A stretch of DNA of 63,952 nucleotides, filler included, from Octopus bimaculoides (GCF_001194135.2; 7 parts of 7 records of this genome joined end to end with filler, not necessarily neighbours in it); one strand, 5' to 3'. Positions 1 through 13,810 are shown, counted from the first letter of the whole stretch. Made by a program: numbers and translations. The notes: generated by a model from the sequence alone, not told the origin.

Positions 1-17
1 TATATATACATATATAC

Positions 18-177
18 GACAGGCTTCTTTCAGTTTCTGTCGACCAGATCCACTCAAGGCTTTGGTCGGCCCGAGGCTACAGTAGAAGACACTTGCCCAA
101 GGTGCCACACAGTGGGACTGAACCCGGAACCATGTGATTGGTAAGCAAGCTACTTACCACACAGCCACTCCTGCGCC
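18..177 (-). mobile_element. tRNA-derived SINE (here family C)
   Basis: Minus strand starts GGCGCAGGAGTGGCTGTGTGGTAAG (A-box-like), contains GGTTCCGGGTTCAGTCCC (B-box-like) and ends in (TA)n. Related copies at ~21.0 and 61.8 kb. Confidence 0.85.
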
Positions 178-667
178 CTTAATTATTAATTCATAATCTT
201 TTTACCTTATGGTATATTTTTTTGCATGTTATTCCTCATGATATTATTGTAAACGATAATATCCTTACATATATGTTTATCATTTATTATTTACTTGGAC
301 CAGTTTTTTGAAATTTGCTGTGGCATTAAAAATAATCATCACGCACACTGTTGAGATGGTCAGTTTCTATGACCCCCTGGTCACTAAGACTAGCTGATGA
401 GAACTAAGTGGCATTTTCCCAAAATTTGAAACCGTGACGATACGGGTGTGTCTGGCTTTACAATTTTCGATTGTTTTCGTTATTGGTACGTAGGCTTAGA
501 ATTCCTGCTCACTCCCACGATTTCAATTAATGTGTATCAATGAAATTTGTGGTTGTGGTCATTTTGTCATTTCCTAATTTAGCGTGCTGGTACTATTTGT
601 AGCATCCCTAATTATTGATATATATATATGTGTGTGTGATTGTGTAGGTATGTATAATACATGCATA

Positions 668-1544
668 TGAGGTGTGACCAATAAGTATCCGGACTCTTGC
701 CATAGTAACGGAGCTAAAGCACGAAGAGGAAAGATGCTTCGCACAGATTGACCTTGAGCTCTGCTGTGCAAGTGTTCTAAGCTTTAACATTTAGCTCACT
801 TTCGCTGCCTTAACCACTGGGCCATTGTTTACAGCAAGGCTTGGAAGGAAGGTATGTAGCGTGTGATCATCGTATTGACCATGACTGAGAAAATTGTCAT
901 GGCGATACCTGCTCAGAGGCCTATGCAAATTTACAGAAAGTGCATGGGGGCAGTGTATGAGCTGCACACAAGTGTGCGAGTGCTTCAGACGTTTCCATGA
1001 TTTCAGTGGTTCAGACGTCTCCGAAAAATATCGATATTGACAAAAGTTCTGGGAGACTTGCAACCAAAAGAACTGATAAAAACATTGCAGATGTGCGGGC
1101 AGCTGAGAGGTTAAATCGTTAAATCAATATCCGTGAGATATCAGAGGATGAGCAGATTAGTTACGGTTCAGTTCATTATAACTGAAGATTTGGGTATGAG
1201 TCGCGTGTTTGCTAAGTTTCTGCCAAAATTGCTTTCAGCTGACCAAAAAGATACCCGGATTTCAGTTGCACAAGGTCTCTTTGACTGTGTCAACCTTTTG
1301 AAAACTTTGCGGAAGGCTTTGAGCAGGTATCACCAAGCTCTTGGCAAAATTTGATGCAAATTCTCTGCTAAACTTCTCTGTCACAGAGAAGCACTGCCGT
1401 AAGCAGTGGAAGAGAGCTAGAAAGCTAAAACTTAGTGCGCATGCACCGAAGAGTTCAAGGTGAATCTGTGCTGAGTGGCTTTATTCTGCATGCTTTAGCT
1501 TTATTACTATGGCAAGAGTCCGGATAATTATTGATCAAACCACG
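668..1544 (+). mobile_element. Internally deleted mariner element
   Basis: ~40 bp TIRs sharing TATCCGGACTCTTGCCATAGTAA, with TA on the left. Decayed transposase N-terminus including LGMSRVFAKFLPKLLSADQKDTRISVAQ; no catalytic domain. Confidence 0.85.
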
Positions 1545-1578
1545 TGTATGTGGATATGTATACATGTATATATATATG

Positions 1579-1635
<57 letters not shown>

Positions 1636-3954
1636 NNNNNNNNNNNNNNNNNNNNNNNNNNNNNNNNNNNNNNNNNNNNNNNNNNNNNNNNNNNNNNNNN
1701 NNNNNNNNNNNNNNNNNNNNNNNNNNNNNNNNNNNNNNNNNNNNNNNNNNNNNNNNNNNNNNNNNNNNNNNNNNNNNNNNNNNNNNNNNNNNNNNNNNNN
1801 NNNNNNNNNNNNNNNNNNNNNNNNNNNNNNNNNNNNNNNNNNNNNNNNNNNNNNNNNNNNNNNNNNNNNNNNNNNNNNNNNNNNNNNNNNNNNNNNNATA
1901 TATATACACACACGCATAGTTCATGTATTTTATTCTTCTAATACGCCACCAGCATTTTCTTTATTAAAGTTTAGAGTTACAGTTCAAAATGTTATTGAAT
2001 TTAATGAGGAAACGATATAACATAAAAAGTATTCGACTTGTAGAATGCTTTTAAATATCAACTTCTTATTTTTGATTTAAAAAACACATAAATTGAATGA
2101 AATACTTACTGAAGTTACATCTTTTCATCAAGGCATATAATATGCTATTCTGTTTTATTGAATAATTTAAAAGTGAAGATGTATATTTATTTGAAATTTA
2201 AAAGAAAATTGAAATGTATGTCGGCCAGTAATATACATACCATTCATATCATCTATGGTGTTTGCATTCTTTATCTATTTATGTAGGTAAGACCAAGATT
2301 ATAGGTATAGGAGACGACTGAGACTTTATACCAATCATACCTTATCCAATAGCTTTGCGTCATAGAAAACTGATATGATTTCAGCAGGAAATACTACTAG
2401 CATTTTAGATACCGGACATTATATAGAGAGTTCTCACAATCACCATTGTCACCGTTCGTGTCATCGGACAGCTGTGAAAACTGTTATGTTTGAGTAAACA
2501 AAATATCCTTAAGATTGTGTGTTAGCGCTGCCATGAAATTATATTTCTGGAAGATTGTACTAATTATAATTGACAATGTTTTTCCTATGATTTAAAGTTT
2601 AACATTGTGACTTTTACCTTGGTGTATAATTTTCGACAGCCAAATCTGAAACCATAGTTCGGTAAGAGTTCAAGTTATTTCATTTGAGTTATATGAATAT
2701 TTTTCTCGAGAAAAGGAATGGGACACACTAGGTAATTTCATTGCCCTTAAGATGACATTATTGCACTCCTGATGATAATAAACTGCACACGGTTAGAAGT
2801 GAAATATTCCGCAACTAATTACGATTGAAAGTTTCTTTTCGTTGCTTCTATCGTTGATGATTTTGGGATAATAATATCTTTTATTGAACAAAAATTTAAG
2901 TATCATGTTATAGAAGTATATTAAATAAGTAGTAATCTCTTATTTTAGCAATTATCTTTTTGCAATACAATGTATCGTAACATTGAAATTGAGAGCAGTA
3001 TGGTAAAAATGTAACGTAAAAGTCTATATAGTATAGAGTATATAATTTCATAAAGTAATATCATACCGATTTGAGTGGTTCGAACATATTCTAACCTATC
3101 TATAGTTGAAACAAAATTTACGATCTGCTTCAAGGCATCCATAACCTTTCATATTTCAATATAGGAATTTTATTAACTATGTCAGGTGTTGGAATGTGCA
3201 AGATACATTGTTCGCTCAGCTTTGTTGCAATGGTTCCATTTAAAGCTGGAATGTAATGATTAATAATATAATGAAAATGATGTAATACGCCTACGTCCGC
3301 ATAGATGTATATATGTGTAGATGTACATATATGCATATTTATGTGTATATCCATCCCTATATATATATGCATACATTACTTATACACGTATATTTACTGA
3401 CAGTAACGGATCATTTTCGTGTTCTAAAATCATCACCTAACAGAATAATAGATTATATACTGCTATGATACCCGAATGAGATGTAGGGTTTAAAATTTAA
3501 ATATCAATTTTAGCATCAACCTAACAAGTGCTGGTGGTACCGCGACGTGTGAAATACTCTAAACGCGTCCAGCTCCTTCTCTTCGTGAAAGTAATTCACA
3601 AATTACACACAAAAAAGAAAACAATAAGAGTTAGTACTCATTGCGTATTAATATGATAACTTAGTAAAATTAATCCAAAACTGATATAAATGAAATCCAT
3701 GCAAATCTCAAAACTGATATGAAGTAATAGGTATCATTGAAATAAAATAAATTATAGAAATTGGTATAGAACTTCTACGAATCACTTCATACGCTAGTGT
3801 GAAAATAATCGATGTGCTTATCCGGGATTACCGAGAATACGACGAAGCAAACGAGTATGCCTGGAAGAATATTTGGTAAGATTTAGGCCTTTTCCGATCG
3901 AGCTATTACCTTTTTTTATGCCGAATAACTGTCGAGGGCTCCTGACCTAATACT

Positions 3955-4135
3955 TAGGATGTTGCACTCACGATCGCGAGATTCTGGTTCCAATTCCAGG
4001 AGAATGGTTGCGTTTTGTTGTTAAGCAAAACATTTCGTCTCGCGTTGCTCTGCGGTCACTTCGACATCTTACATGTTGTACACCGTGCACCTGTTCAGGT
4101 AGTGTAGATTTCATGGAGAGAACGAGATAATGTAC
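3955..4135 (+). mobile_element. Degenerate SINE-like repeat
   Basis: B-box-like GGTTCCAATTCC followed by a SINE-like body; A box not clear. Confidence 0.5.
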
Positions 4136-4412
4136 AGCACAAACATTTCAACACTATAAACAAATCATTTGTGCAGGTTTCTCAACAAGAAATTGCAGAA
4201 CCGTCTTTCTCGGACTACGAGAGACTACCATTTCTCCGAATAATTTGTCTAATAATTTGTAGCGGATGATAAAAGAAATTCTCTGAAATTTCCCGTCATT
4301 ATGTAGAAAGTATAGGATACTTTATAACTTAATTATAACCAGTAAAAGGAAAAAGGAAACGAAATAAATAACACAGATACAAAAAATGAACAATGCACCG
4401 ATATGGCTTTGT

Positions 4413-4794
4413 TGTTGGCACTCCGTCGCTTACGACGTCGAGGGTTCAAGCTGATCTGATCAACGGAACAGCCTACTCGTGAAATTAACGTGCAAGTGGC
4501 TGAGCACGCCACAGACACGTGTACCCTTAACGTAGTTCTCGGGGATATTCCGCGTGACACAGTGTGACAAGGCTGATCCTTTGAATTACAGGCACAACAG
4601 AAACAGGAAGTAAGAGTGAGAGAAAGTTGTGATGAAAGAGTACAGCAGGGTTTGCCACCATCCCCTGCCGGAGCCTCGTGGAACTTTAGGTGTTTTCGCT
4701 CAATAAACACTCATAACGCCAGGTCTGGGAATCGAAACCGCGATCCTATGACCGCGGGTCCTCTGCCCTAACCACTGGGCCATTGCGCCTCCAC
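4413..4794 (-). mobile_element. Full-length ~380 bp tRNA-derived SINE with 10 bp TSD
   Basis: Head GGCGCAATGGCCCAGTGGTTAGGG (A box) and GGTTTCGATTCCC (B box). TSD ATGGCTTTGT at 4403-4412 and 4795-4804. Confidence 0.9.
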
Positions 4795-5464
4795 ATGGCT
4801 TTGTAGGTAACAGATAAAACAAAAGAAATTGTTTGTGTACTAACATTGTTTATTTCGATACTGTTGAGTATATCTATACATTTTAGCCAACACTATATCG
4901 AACTAAATTTTAGCCAACATATTGTAGCTAGGGTTTTAGTTAACTCTCTATGTAAGAGATAATTACGCAAAATTGTATATATTTCATTTAATTCAGACCA
5001 TGATGATATTGGCTATCTATTCAGTATCTCTGTATTTTAACAGGAAACTCTTCCACTGATGAAATGCCAACACAGAATTAAAGATATTCTGCTTGATACC
5101 TCTTTTTCTCTTTAGTCAAGATTTTGTATATACAGAAAAGGTGTTTATATATTTAATAATATATAGTGCTGGCGAAAATCTATGCATATACTCTGGAGTA
5201 TGAAATAACATTAGAACAATCTAAAGATAAAGCACTGAAGACATCAGGAATAAAACCAACAGACGAGTTTACAATTCATGCTTTCAAAGCACTGCACAAA
5301 TATGTATGCATGTCTAATCCCTCATTCACCGACTTCTCTTCTTCTTACTGTAATAGTAATTTATATCTTTATGCTTTTTTTCTATATGTAATCGGACATA
5401 AAATTTTTGTGTATGGCTGAGTGAATTACTCTTCCAGTTAGATAAGTTTCAAGTTGTTACTCAC

Positions 5465-5790
5465 CAAACATGAGTAGCATGAAGTTATGAGCTAATACAC
5501 AGGGCTGGAAAACTTATAGAATCTCAGTTTGGAGATGATGCTCAGTAATGCTCAGTGGGTGATCGATGCAACAGCGAGGCTGTGTCCGTCCGACAGGGAC
5601 ATCAACACCGGCAGTGGTAGCAGCAGCAACAACAACTTGTAATAGTAGCAACAGCAGTGTTAACGGTACCAGTAGCAGCAGCAGCAGCAGTGGTGGCAAC
5701 ATATATAGTCAATTGAAAGAAGACAGAGAAAAAGAAAAAAGAAAGCAACAAACAATTGTGTGTGCGCAGCACAAGCAATGAGATTGCGTG
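5465..5790 (-). other. Candidate first exon of an unidentified host gene (5' boundary uncertain)
   Basis: Non-transposon sequence ending ATG CTA CTC ATG TTT G|GTGAGT (donor at 5464-5459). A CT-rich tract lies further upstream at ~6100-6180. Confidence 0.4.
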
Positions 5791-5889
5791 TGTGGGGAAG
5801 ATGTGTGTGTGTCAGTGTGCGTATGAGTGTGTGTGGAAGTGTATGTATACACACTCACATATATATATATATATGTATANNNNNNNNNN

Positions 5890-5921
<32 letters not shown>

Positions 5922-6965
5922 CGTGTATATATATATGCGTACATATATGTGTGTTTGTGTGTGTTGTATATCTGTGTGTTCTTTGTTTGTTCGTGCGTGT
6001 GTACATGTGTGTGTGTGTGTGTGTGTTTGTAGAACAGAACATCACATATTCGAGTAAATGAACGCTACCAATGATTGATTACATAATAATGATGCGCATG
6101 TGCTGAAGAAGGTGGAGAGAGAAAGAAAAAAGAAAGAGAGAAAGACGGAGAGAGGGGGAGTGAGAGGGAGAGAGTAGAAGTTGGCAATAAGGCTGTATGT
6201 GTACGTAAAGATTGTGAAAACTGATGATCCAGTGTAATGCGTGTTGTGGAATATAGCAAGTGTTGAGGGAGGACTAAGAATGAGACGCTGAGAGAAAAGT
6301 CCTCGTCTAAGTGGTAACTGAGAGAAGTTTACTAGAAGTAAAACTGGAAAGTAGAAGTCTTGAGCTTCGACCTAGTTTGTGCTATTCATAAAGATCTAAC
6401 CTACCCAACGTATTCTGTTCTGTATCAGATAAGGTTTGCACTATTCCAAATGTAATTATAACATACACTTACATACACAAATACATAAATAATGGAAGTA
6501 CATGCACACACCTATGCACATGTGTGTATGTATGAGTGTTTATATATGCATATGTTATTGAAAATGCACTTTAAAGTAAATGAGGGAAATGAAGAAGCCG
6601 ATCATGCATGAAAGGCTGCACTAAATTTGGTGGTCGAATAAAAAAATTCATCAAATGCCAAGTAACCGACAATTACAAATAATTTTCGATACTTGTATAT
6701 CATTGCCAATTGATTTCCCTCATGCACTTTACATAAAAAACCACGCACACATGCACATAGGTGCGAGCCTATCTACATATATAAACATATGTATACGTGC
6801 AGATATGTATAAATTGTATGTTAGAGAAAGTAATTAGAATTATACAGTTTACTGTATCCGACATACTGGGGAAAATAAAATAAATGGATTATAATTCTAG
6901 TTTTGATTTCTGAATGCAGTTCAGTCTTTCATTCCTACTTCTTTCCTTCGCTTCGTAAAGTACAA

Positions 6966-6996
<31 letters not shown>

Positions 6997-7185
6997 TGTA
7001 TGTATGTATGTATGTGTGTATGTATGTATACGTGCAGATGTGCATGTTTTGCTTTATATATATATTCTCATGCATATAGTTGCATATCTAGAAACGCTCA
7101 TATATATTTAGATGATAAACTTCTAGAATGTTTATCATTTATATGTATGCATGTATGTATGTATGTATGTATGTATGTATGTATG

Positions 7186-7217
<32 letters not shown>

Positions 7218-8066
7218 NNNNNNNNNNNNNNNNNNNNNNNNNNNNNNNNNNNNNNNNNNNNNNNNNNNNNNNNNNNNNNNNNNNNNNNNNNNNNNNNNNN
7301 NNNNNNNNNNNNNNNNNNNNNNNNNNNNNNNNNNNNNNNNNNNNNNNNNNNNNNNNNNNNNNNNNNNNNNNNNNNNNNNNNNNNNNNNNNNNNNNNNNNN
7401 NNNNNNNNNNNNNNNNNNNNNNNNNNNNNNNNNNNNNNNNNNNNNNNNNNNNNNNNNNNNNNNNNNNNNNNNNNNNNNNNNNNNNNNNNNNNNNNNNNNN
7501 NNNNNNNNNNNNNNNNNNNNNNNNNNNNNNNNNNNNNNNNNNNNNNNNNNNNNNNNNNNNNNNNNNNNNNNNNNNNNNNNNNNNNNNNNNNNNNNNNNNN
7601 NNNNNNNNNNNNNNNNNNNNNNNNNNNNNNNNNNNNNNNNNNNNNNNNNNNNNNNNNNNNNNNNNNNNNNNNNNNNNNNNNNNNNNNNNNNNNNNNNNNN
7701 NNNNNNNNNNNNNNNNNNNNNNNNNNNNNNNNNNNNNNNNNNNNNNNNNNNNNNNNNNNNNNNNNNNNNNNNNNNNNNNNNNNNNNNNNNNNNNNNNNNN
7801 NNNNNNNNNNNNNNNNNNNNNNNNNNNNNNNNNNNNNNNNNNNNNNNNNNNNNNNNNNNNNNNNNNNNNNNNNNNNNNNNNNNNNNNNNNNNNNNNNNNN
7901 NNNNNNNNNNNNNNNNNNNNNNNNNNNNNNNNNNNNNNNNNNNNNNNNNNNNNNNNNNNNNNNNNNNNNNNNNNNNNNNNNNNTATATATATATATATAT
8001 ATATATATCAAAAATTAAAATTAAATCAAGTTTTACACTATATAATATATAAATATATAATTATGC

Positions 8067-8210
8067 TTTTATATGTTTCAGTAATTTGACTGCAGCCATG
8101 CTGGGGCACCGCCTTTAGTCGAGAAAATCGACTCCTGGACATTCTTTGTAAATCTAGCACTTATTCTATCGGCCTCTTTTGCCGAACCACTAACTTACGG
8201 GGTAAAAACA
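8067..8210 (-). mobile_element. SINE family B (CR1-like tail), partial
   Basis: Reverse complement of the GGCGGTGC(T/C)CCAGCATGGC..CAGTCAAAT.ACTGAAAC tail also seen at 25.1 kb. Confidence 0.8.
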
Positions 8211-8527
8211 TAGACACACATACATACACACACACACACACATATATATATATGATAATATGATAATAATATTAGGGATAAAAATCCAAATTTACAGGTA
8301 AAAACTTAATTAAATTCAATTTATCAAAAATTAAAATTAAATCAAGTTTTACACTATATAATATATAAATATATAATTTGGAGGAAAGAACCAAAGTTCT
8401 TGAACTCATCCATGAAAATTCACAGTCACATATAGAAAAATTTTATAAGTAAATACACTAAAAAGAACTATAATAAAATACAAAGTAATAATCATAATAT
8501 TTATATATATATATATGTATACATATA

Positions 8528-8777
8528 TTGGGTTGGTGCATAATCATTGCGTCCTTTTTTCGACAAACTTTATTCAACAAAAGCAATAATGACGTGTAAC
8601 AAAAGCATCTTTAAATGATTATTCCGGAGCATATACACCATCTACTTCATTTATTACTATCCATTTGCTTGGCAGACCGCCAGACCGTCATTTAAATATG
8701 TTTTTATTAAACATTGTTATTGTTCTTGTTGAATAAAATCTGCTGACAAAAGCCGCAATTATTGTGCGCCAACCCAG
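8528..8777. mobile_element. 250 bp mariner-derived MITE
   Basis: TA TSDs; termini TTGGGTTGGTGCATAATCATTGCG and its near reverse complement; imperfect inverted arms extend ~90 bp. Confidence 0.85.
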
Positions 8778-9096
8778 TATGTATATATCAAAAGGATATG
8801 TTATAACACTATCCCACATATGCAAAAACAGCCACACCAACAACCCAACATAGCTCTATCATCAGCTGCCTCACGGATGTCATTATGGTTTCGTAATCTG
8901 GGCAGTACCATTCAATCCGGCAGCGTAAAGAGCACTAAAACAAATGGTGTTTCGGAACAAACATACTAAAAAACAAAACACACAACTTTCAAACACATCT
9001 ACGCTATGTACAATCAAATGTAGGCAAGATTAAACACTAACTTTGAATTTAAACTACAACGAGAAACACATAAATCTCTCTATATATGTATCTATT

Positions 9097-9128
<32 letters not shown>

Positions 9129-9397
9129 TGTATGTATGTATGTATGTATGTATGTATATATATATATATATATATATACGTGTGTGTGTGTGTATNNNNN
9201 NNNNNATAAATATATATATGTATATATACATTTTTATATATATAATATAATATAATATAATATATATATATATATATACGTCAAGAAATAATTATTGTTT
9301 CTTTCAAGAGACGAAGAGAAATGAGGAAAGAATAATCTAACATTGGTCATAGAACAAACATTAAAATGAGTTAACGACTCATATATATATATATATA

Positions 9398-9717
9398 TGA
9401 CGACCGCTCCATCGTGACAGACGATAGCCATCCCATCAACAATCCACACATATCATCACGCAGTACAATCACTCCGTTGGTGAGCCCTCAAGTGACTTTG
9501 AAGTCCGGCTGCTGAGCGACAAGGTCTACAGCACAGATGACAAATGTTCAAGCCTCTCGATCCTTGCCCGCTGGTATCTGATTCTAAGGAAACGCTTCTG
9601 TGAACCAGCATATGTCTCTTAAGTCCGGGTATTGTTTTACAAACCTTGTGACATATGCCACAGGTCGCAGAAGGCGGTTGGTATTTAGGGTGTCTGGAAT
9701 TTCTACCCTCATGTGTT
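9398..9717 (-). mobile_element. 3' end of an RTE-clade LINE with two C2H2 zinc fingers
   Basis: Open frame 9716-9456 (86 aa, no Met, cut by gap) contains CGICHKVCKTIPGLKRHMLVH and CHLCCRPCRSAAGLQSHLRAH. A short 3' UTR then ends in (TA)n. Confidence 0.75.
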
Positions 9718-11314
9718 NNNNNNNNNNNNNNNNNNNNNNNNNNNNNNNNNNNNNNNNNNNNTTAATTAATTAANNNNNNNNNNNNNNNNNNNNNNNNNNN
9801 NNNNNNNNNNNNNNNNNGTGTGTGTGTGCGTGTGTGTGTATTTGTATGTGTGTGTGAAAGGAAATTATTTTATTTCATTCTTTCGTTTGAAGAAGCAAAG
9901 TTGTCAGCTCGACATATATAGGATCATATGATTGTTCGTTAATTTCCGTAAAATTCTTTTGATTTCTTTATGCTTTGAAAAGAGCAGACATTGAAAAAGC
10001 GACATTTGCTTTGAAGTGAAAGGAGAATGTAAAAGAGAGGAGAAAGTGAAAGATGTACGTGTATATGAAATGGTCGTATGTGCGTGAGAGAGAGAGAGAG
10101 AGAGTGAGTGAGTGAGTGAGTGAGTGAGTGAGTGAGTGAGTGAGTGAGTGGGTGAGTGGAAGATGTGTGTTGTGATGTATGAATTATTTTGNNNNNNNNN
10201 NNNNNNNNNNNNNNNNNNNNNNNNNNNNNNNNNNNNNNNNNNNNNNNNNNNNNNNNNNNNNNNNNNNNNNNNNNNNNNNNNNNNNNNNNNNNNNNNNNNN
10301 NNNNNNNNNNNNNNNNNNNNNNNNNNNNNNNNNNNNNNNNNNNNNNNNNNNNNNNNNNNNNNNNNNNNNNNNNNNNNNNNNNNNNNNNNNNNNNNNNNNN
10401 NNNNNNNNNNNNNNNNNNNNNNNNNNNNNNNNNNNNNNNNNNNNNNNNNNNNNNNNNNNNNNNNNNNNNNNNNNNNNNNNNNNNNNNNNNNNNNNNNNNN
10501 NNNNNNNNNNNNNNNNNNNNNNNNNNNNNNNNNNNNNNNNNNNNNNNNNNNNNNNNNNNNNNNNNNTTTTAATACAATATGTATGTGTACATTTTCATAA
10601 ATTTTTATCCCAGTAGAATTCTACGCATGCATGAATAAGCAACTTTCTTTATTATAATACAGATGTGACTAATTCGGAGAAACATTACCTTCATTATTCA
10701 CACATCATCAGTCTCGTAATCGAATATTGTAATTTTGGCTGAAATTGAAAGTGTGATACTATTTTCACTTTCTAATGAAACCTAGTCGTTGTAACTTTCA
10801 ATATCAGCGCCTTTAACTATTGGTTGGTTGGGTGGAGGAAAGTCACATATATATTCTAAGACACACACACAGACATACATTAAAGCACACCTCAAGCTTA
10901 TCTCTGTCCCTGTGTATGTCTGTCTGTGTCTTTAGAAGTGTGTGTGTGTCTATCTGTCTGTCTGTGTCTTTAGATGTGCGTGTGTCTCTGTGTGTGTCAG
11001 TTGTCACAAAAATGTATATATACTGACAGACACAAACACCGTCACACACACATACTTGTCAGTCATCGACCTGACGTACGTAACGAACGCGCGAACACAT
11101 ATAGAAAGTGTGACGTCATCGTCGTTATTGTGGTGGCGGAGGTGGTAAAAGATGTTTACGATAGGTGACTAAAAGAAAAATGATAATCTTAAATTTTTGC
11201 AATGCAAATAAGTGAATGAAAATATAGCTTAGTTGGTAGCCAAAAGCTTACTGAATCTTTTGATACCCCATACGTCAAAAACGGCAACTCGGTTTTGGAA
11301 TGCATAAGGAACAT

Positions 11315-11362
<48 letters not shown>

Positions 11363-11386
11363 ACTCTCTTTTATATATATATATAT

Positions 11387-11457
<71 letters not shown>

Positions 11458-12160
11458 CGGATAACATAATATTATATAACAGACAATTATTAAAAAACCA
11501 TAAGAGGCCAACAAATTGTTTCGACATATATATTTTTCTAATTTTTTAGGGTTAACCAGATTTGAAGTTACTAGATGAAGTTATTTAATGAATCGACAGA
11601 AATCATTAATACAAACCAAACAAGCAGCAAGTACTGTTCTCGATGAACTAATCTATATTATTATTTACAAAATTAGGGACCATATATGGTGCATATCCAA
11701 GCTCTATCAATACTCTCAGAAGTATACAAACAACATTGTTGTAATAAGAATACAATTTATAACCTATACAATACTATAATAATGACTATTTTGGTTATTA
11801 AGTTTATTTAGTAAGTCAAATGAAACTATTTTTAATATCATTATTATTCTTATAATTATCATCAATTAATTAATAAATGGAATAAGTTTATTTATACACC
11901 TATTCATTTAGTATAATGAAGACATCTTATTTGTGATATGTAATTAATATTAAATACTAATATAATGATAAATTTAACAGTAACTACATGAAAATGTACT
12001 AAAATGAAGCAATTCAGAATTGGTCCACTAATAATCAATTTTTTAATTAAATTATTATATAGATTGAGATGACAAAACTCAAATATACATTTATCTTCAC
12101 ACACAGACACACACACATACACCCACATATATATACATACACATATATATATACATACAT

Positions 12161-12229
<69 letters not shown>

Positions 12230-12671
12230 CACATATATATATATACTTAATACATATATACACACACACGCGCACTTATACATGTACACACATACAAAAA
12301 ATGTGTGAATAACAATCCTTATTTAAGTAACTTCAAATCTGGTTACCCCTAAAAAATTAGTAAATTTGATTTCCATTATTATAGCCCCCAAAATATATAT
12401 ATCTATGGGATATTTTGGTTATCGCCTTAAGTCTATATTAACACTTATTAAGGAATTCTCCCTACGATAATTTAAGTAAACAAGGAAAACAATTTTATTT
12501 GGCTTCTATTCATATCTACTATGGTATTATTCCTCCGAGAAAATAATAAATATAGAAGACTATTATTAGTTAATTTACATAATAATGTTTTATACCAGTT
12601 AATTTAAAGTAAATAAAGGAATTGTTGTATTGATGATGTAATTGTAAATATACTTTTTGTTGAAGTTATAC

Positions 12672-13490
12672 ATAGAACCACAAATAGTAAGAGACCTGGG
12701 CATCAACATTTGTAGTGATGCATCATTTCACGTGCACATTGTCAAGTTGATAGCAAAGTGCAGACAACTGGCAGAGTGGATACTGAGGACATTCCGAACA
12801 AGGGATCAGAAAGTCATGTTGACTCTATGGAAGACATTTGTTCTGAGCCGCCTAGACTATTGCTCTCAGTTGTGGTCACCACACAGTGTCAAGCGGACAG
12901 CAGAACTCGAGGCAATTCAGCGTCACTATACTAAAAAGCAAAAAAGATCGCCACAGTCCAACAGATGAACTACAGGGAGCGACTGAAGGCACTAGGTCTC
13001 TACTCCCTGGAGCGCAGGCGGGAGAGATATGTAATAATATACATATGGAAGATACTGGAAGGACTGGTATCAAACTTTGGCATCAAGTACTACACGAATG
13101 CCCGCACAGGTCGCCACTGCATCGAACCAAGAACGAGGTACTGCAACAGCCTCGGTTTCAGGGGACCTCAGCTCTTTAATGCCCTGCCAAAACATTTGAG
13201 AGACCTGCAAGACATGGATATAGAGGTCTTCAAGACAAAACTCGACGCTTTCCTCTCCACGATAACCAGACAAACCAACGGCTCGAAATGAGACACAGTT
13301 TAGAGCAGCGATGTCAAAATCTCTTATATACCAGATGTGCCATCAAAACTCTTGATTGGACTATATCAGGTGGAGGATAAGAGCCATGCAAGGAACGTGA
13401 AGAGAGCACAGCATAAAGACGGAAAGTCACGGTGGTGCTCCAGCATGACCACAGCCACTTGGCTGAAACCCATAAATAAATAAATAAAAA
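12672..13490 (+). mobile_element. 5'-truncated CR1-like LINE (post-RT region and 3' UTR)
   Basis: RDLGINI...LSRLDYCSQLWSP and YRERLKALGLYSLERRRERY...FKTKLDAFL in two frames (one frameshift); (TAAA)n tail. Confidence 0.9.
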
Positions 13491-13810
13491 TAGGAGAAAA
13501 CTTAGATACTTAATTATATACATTTATATACACACATATCTTATTGCTGTATGTTGTGGTGACAAGGGACTATCTTGGACATGAAAGGGTTTCGATTGGT
13601 ATGTGTTTGAGATGTAATGAAGAGAATTTCGACGGTTGTGGATTGCACTTACTTGGTTGTATCGTCCGTTAAAGTGTTTTTGTTGTTTTTTAATTGCAAT
13701 TGATGTATGATTGAATAGATAACGTTCACGCTCATAATACAGAGAAATTTGAATTAATTTTTGCAATCTAGTCGTCCTTTCACACGGAATTTCGTCTATC
13801 TTTAAACCAT

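Noticed and set aside
375-450. CTGATGA...GAAAC with a hairpin before the core
   Set aside because: No NUH next to a stem I and no convincing stem II. It could be a very decayed HHR but is not supportable.
4700-4794. tRNA genes
   Set aside because: A/B boxes here and elsewhere run straight into SINE bodies and no full cloverleaf is seen.
5514-5702. Signal-peptide-like 62 aa ORF MLPPLLLLLLL...
   Set aside because: The Leu run comes from CTG/CTA repeats, and there is no recognisable domain or strong internal donor; at most a uORF.
8008-8500. Duplicated ~55 bp AT-rich segment and GATGA-GTTC-AA-GAAC on the minus strand
   Set aside because: Possibly a Penelope-like tail, but GAAA and stem I are missing and the first copy abuts a gap.
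18-9420. Family C SINE tail as partner of the RTE 3' end
   Set aside because: Similarity is limited to GTCGT(C)ATAT, which is too short.
10655-10720. CTGATGA...CCGAATTAGTC on the minus strand
   Set aside because: It needs several changes and stem I does not pair next to the core.
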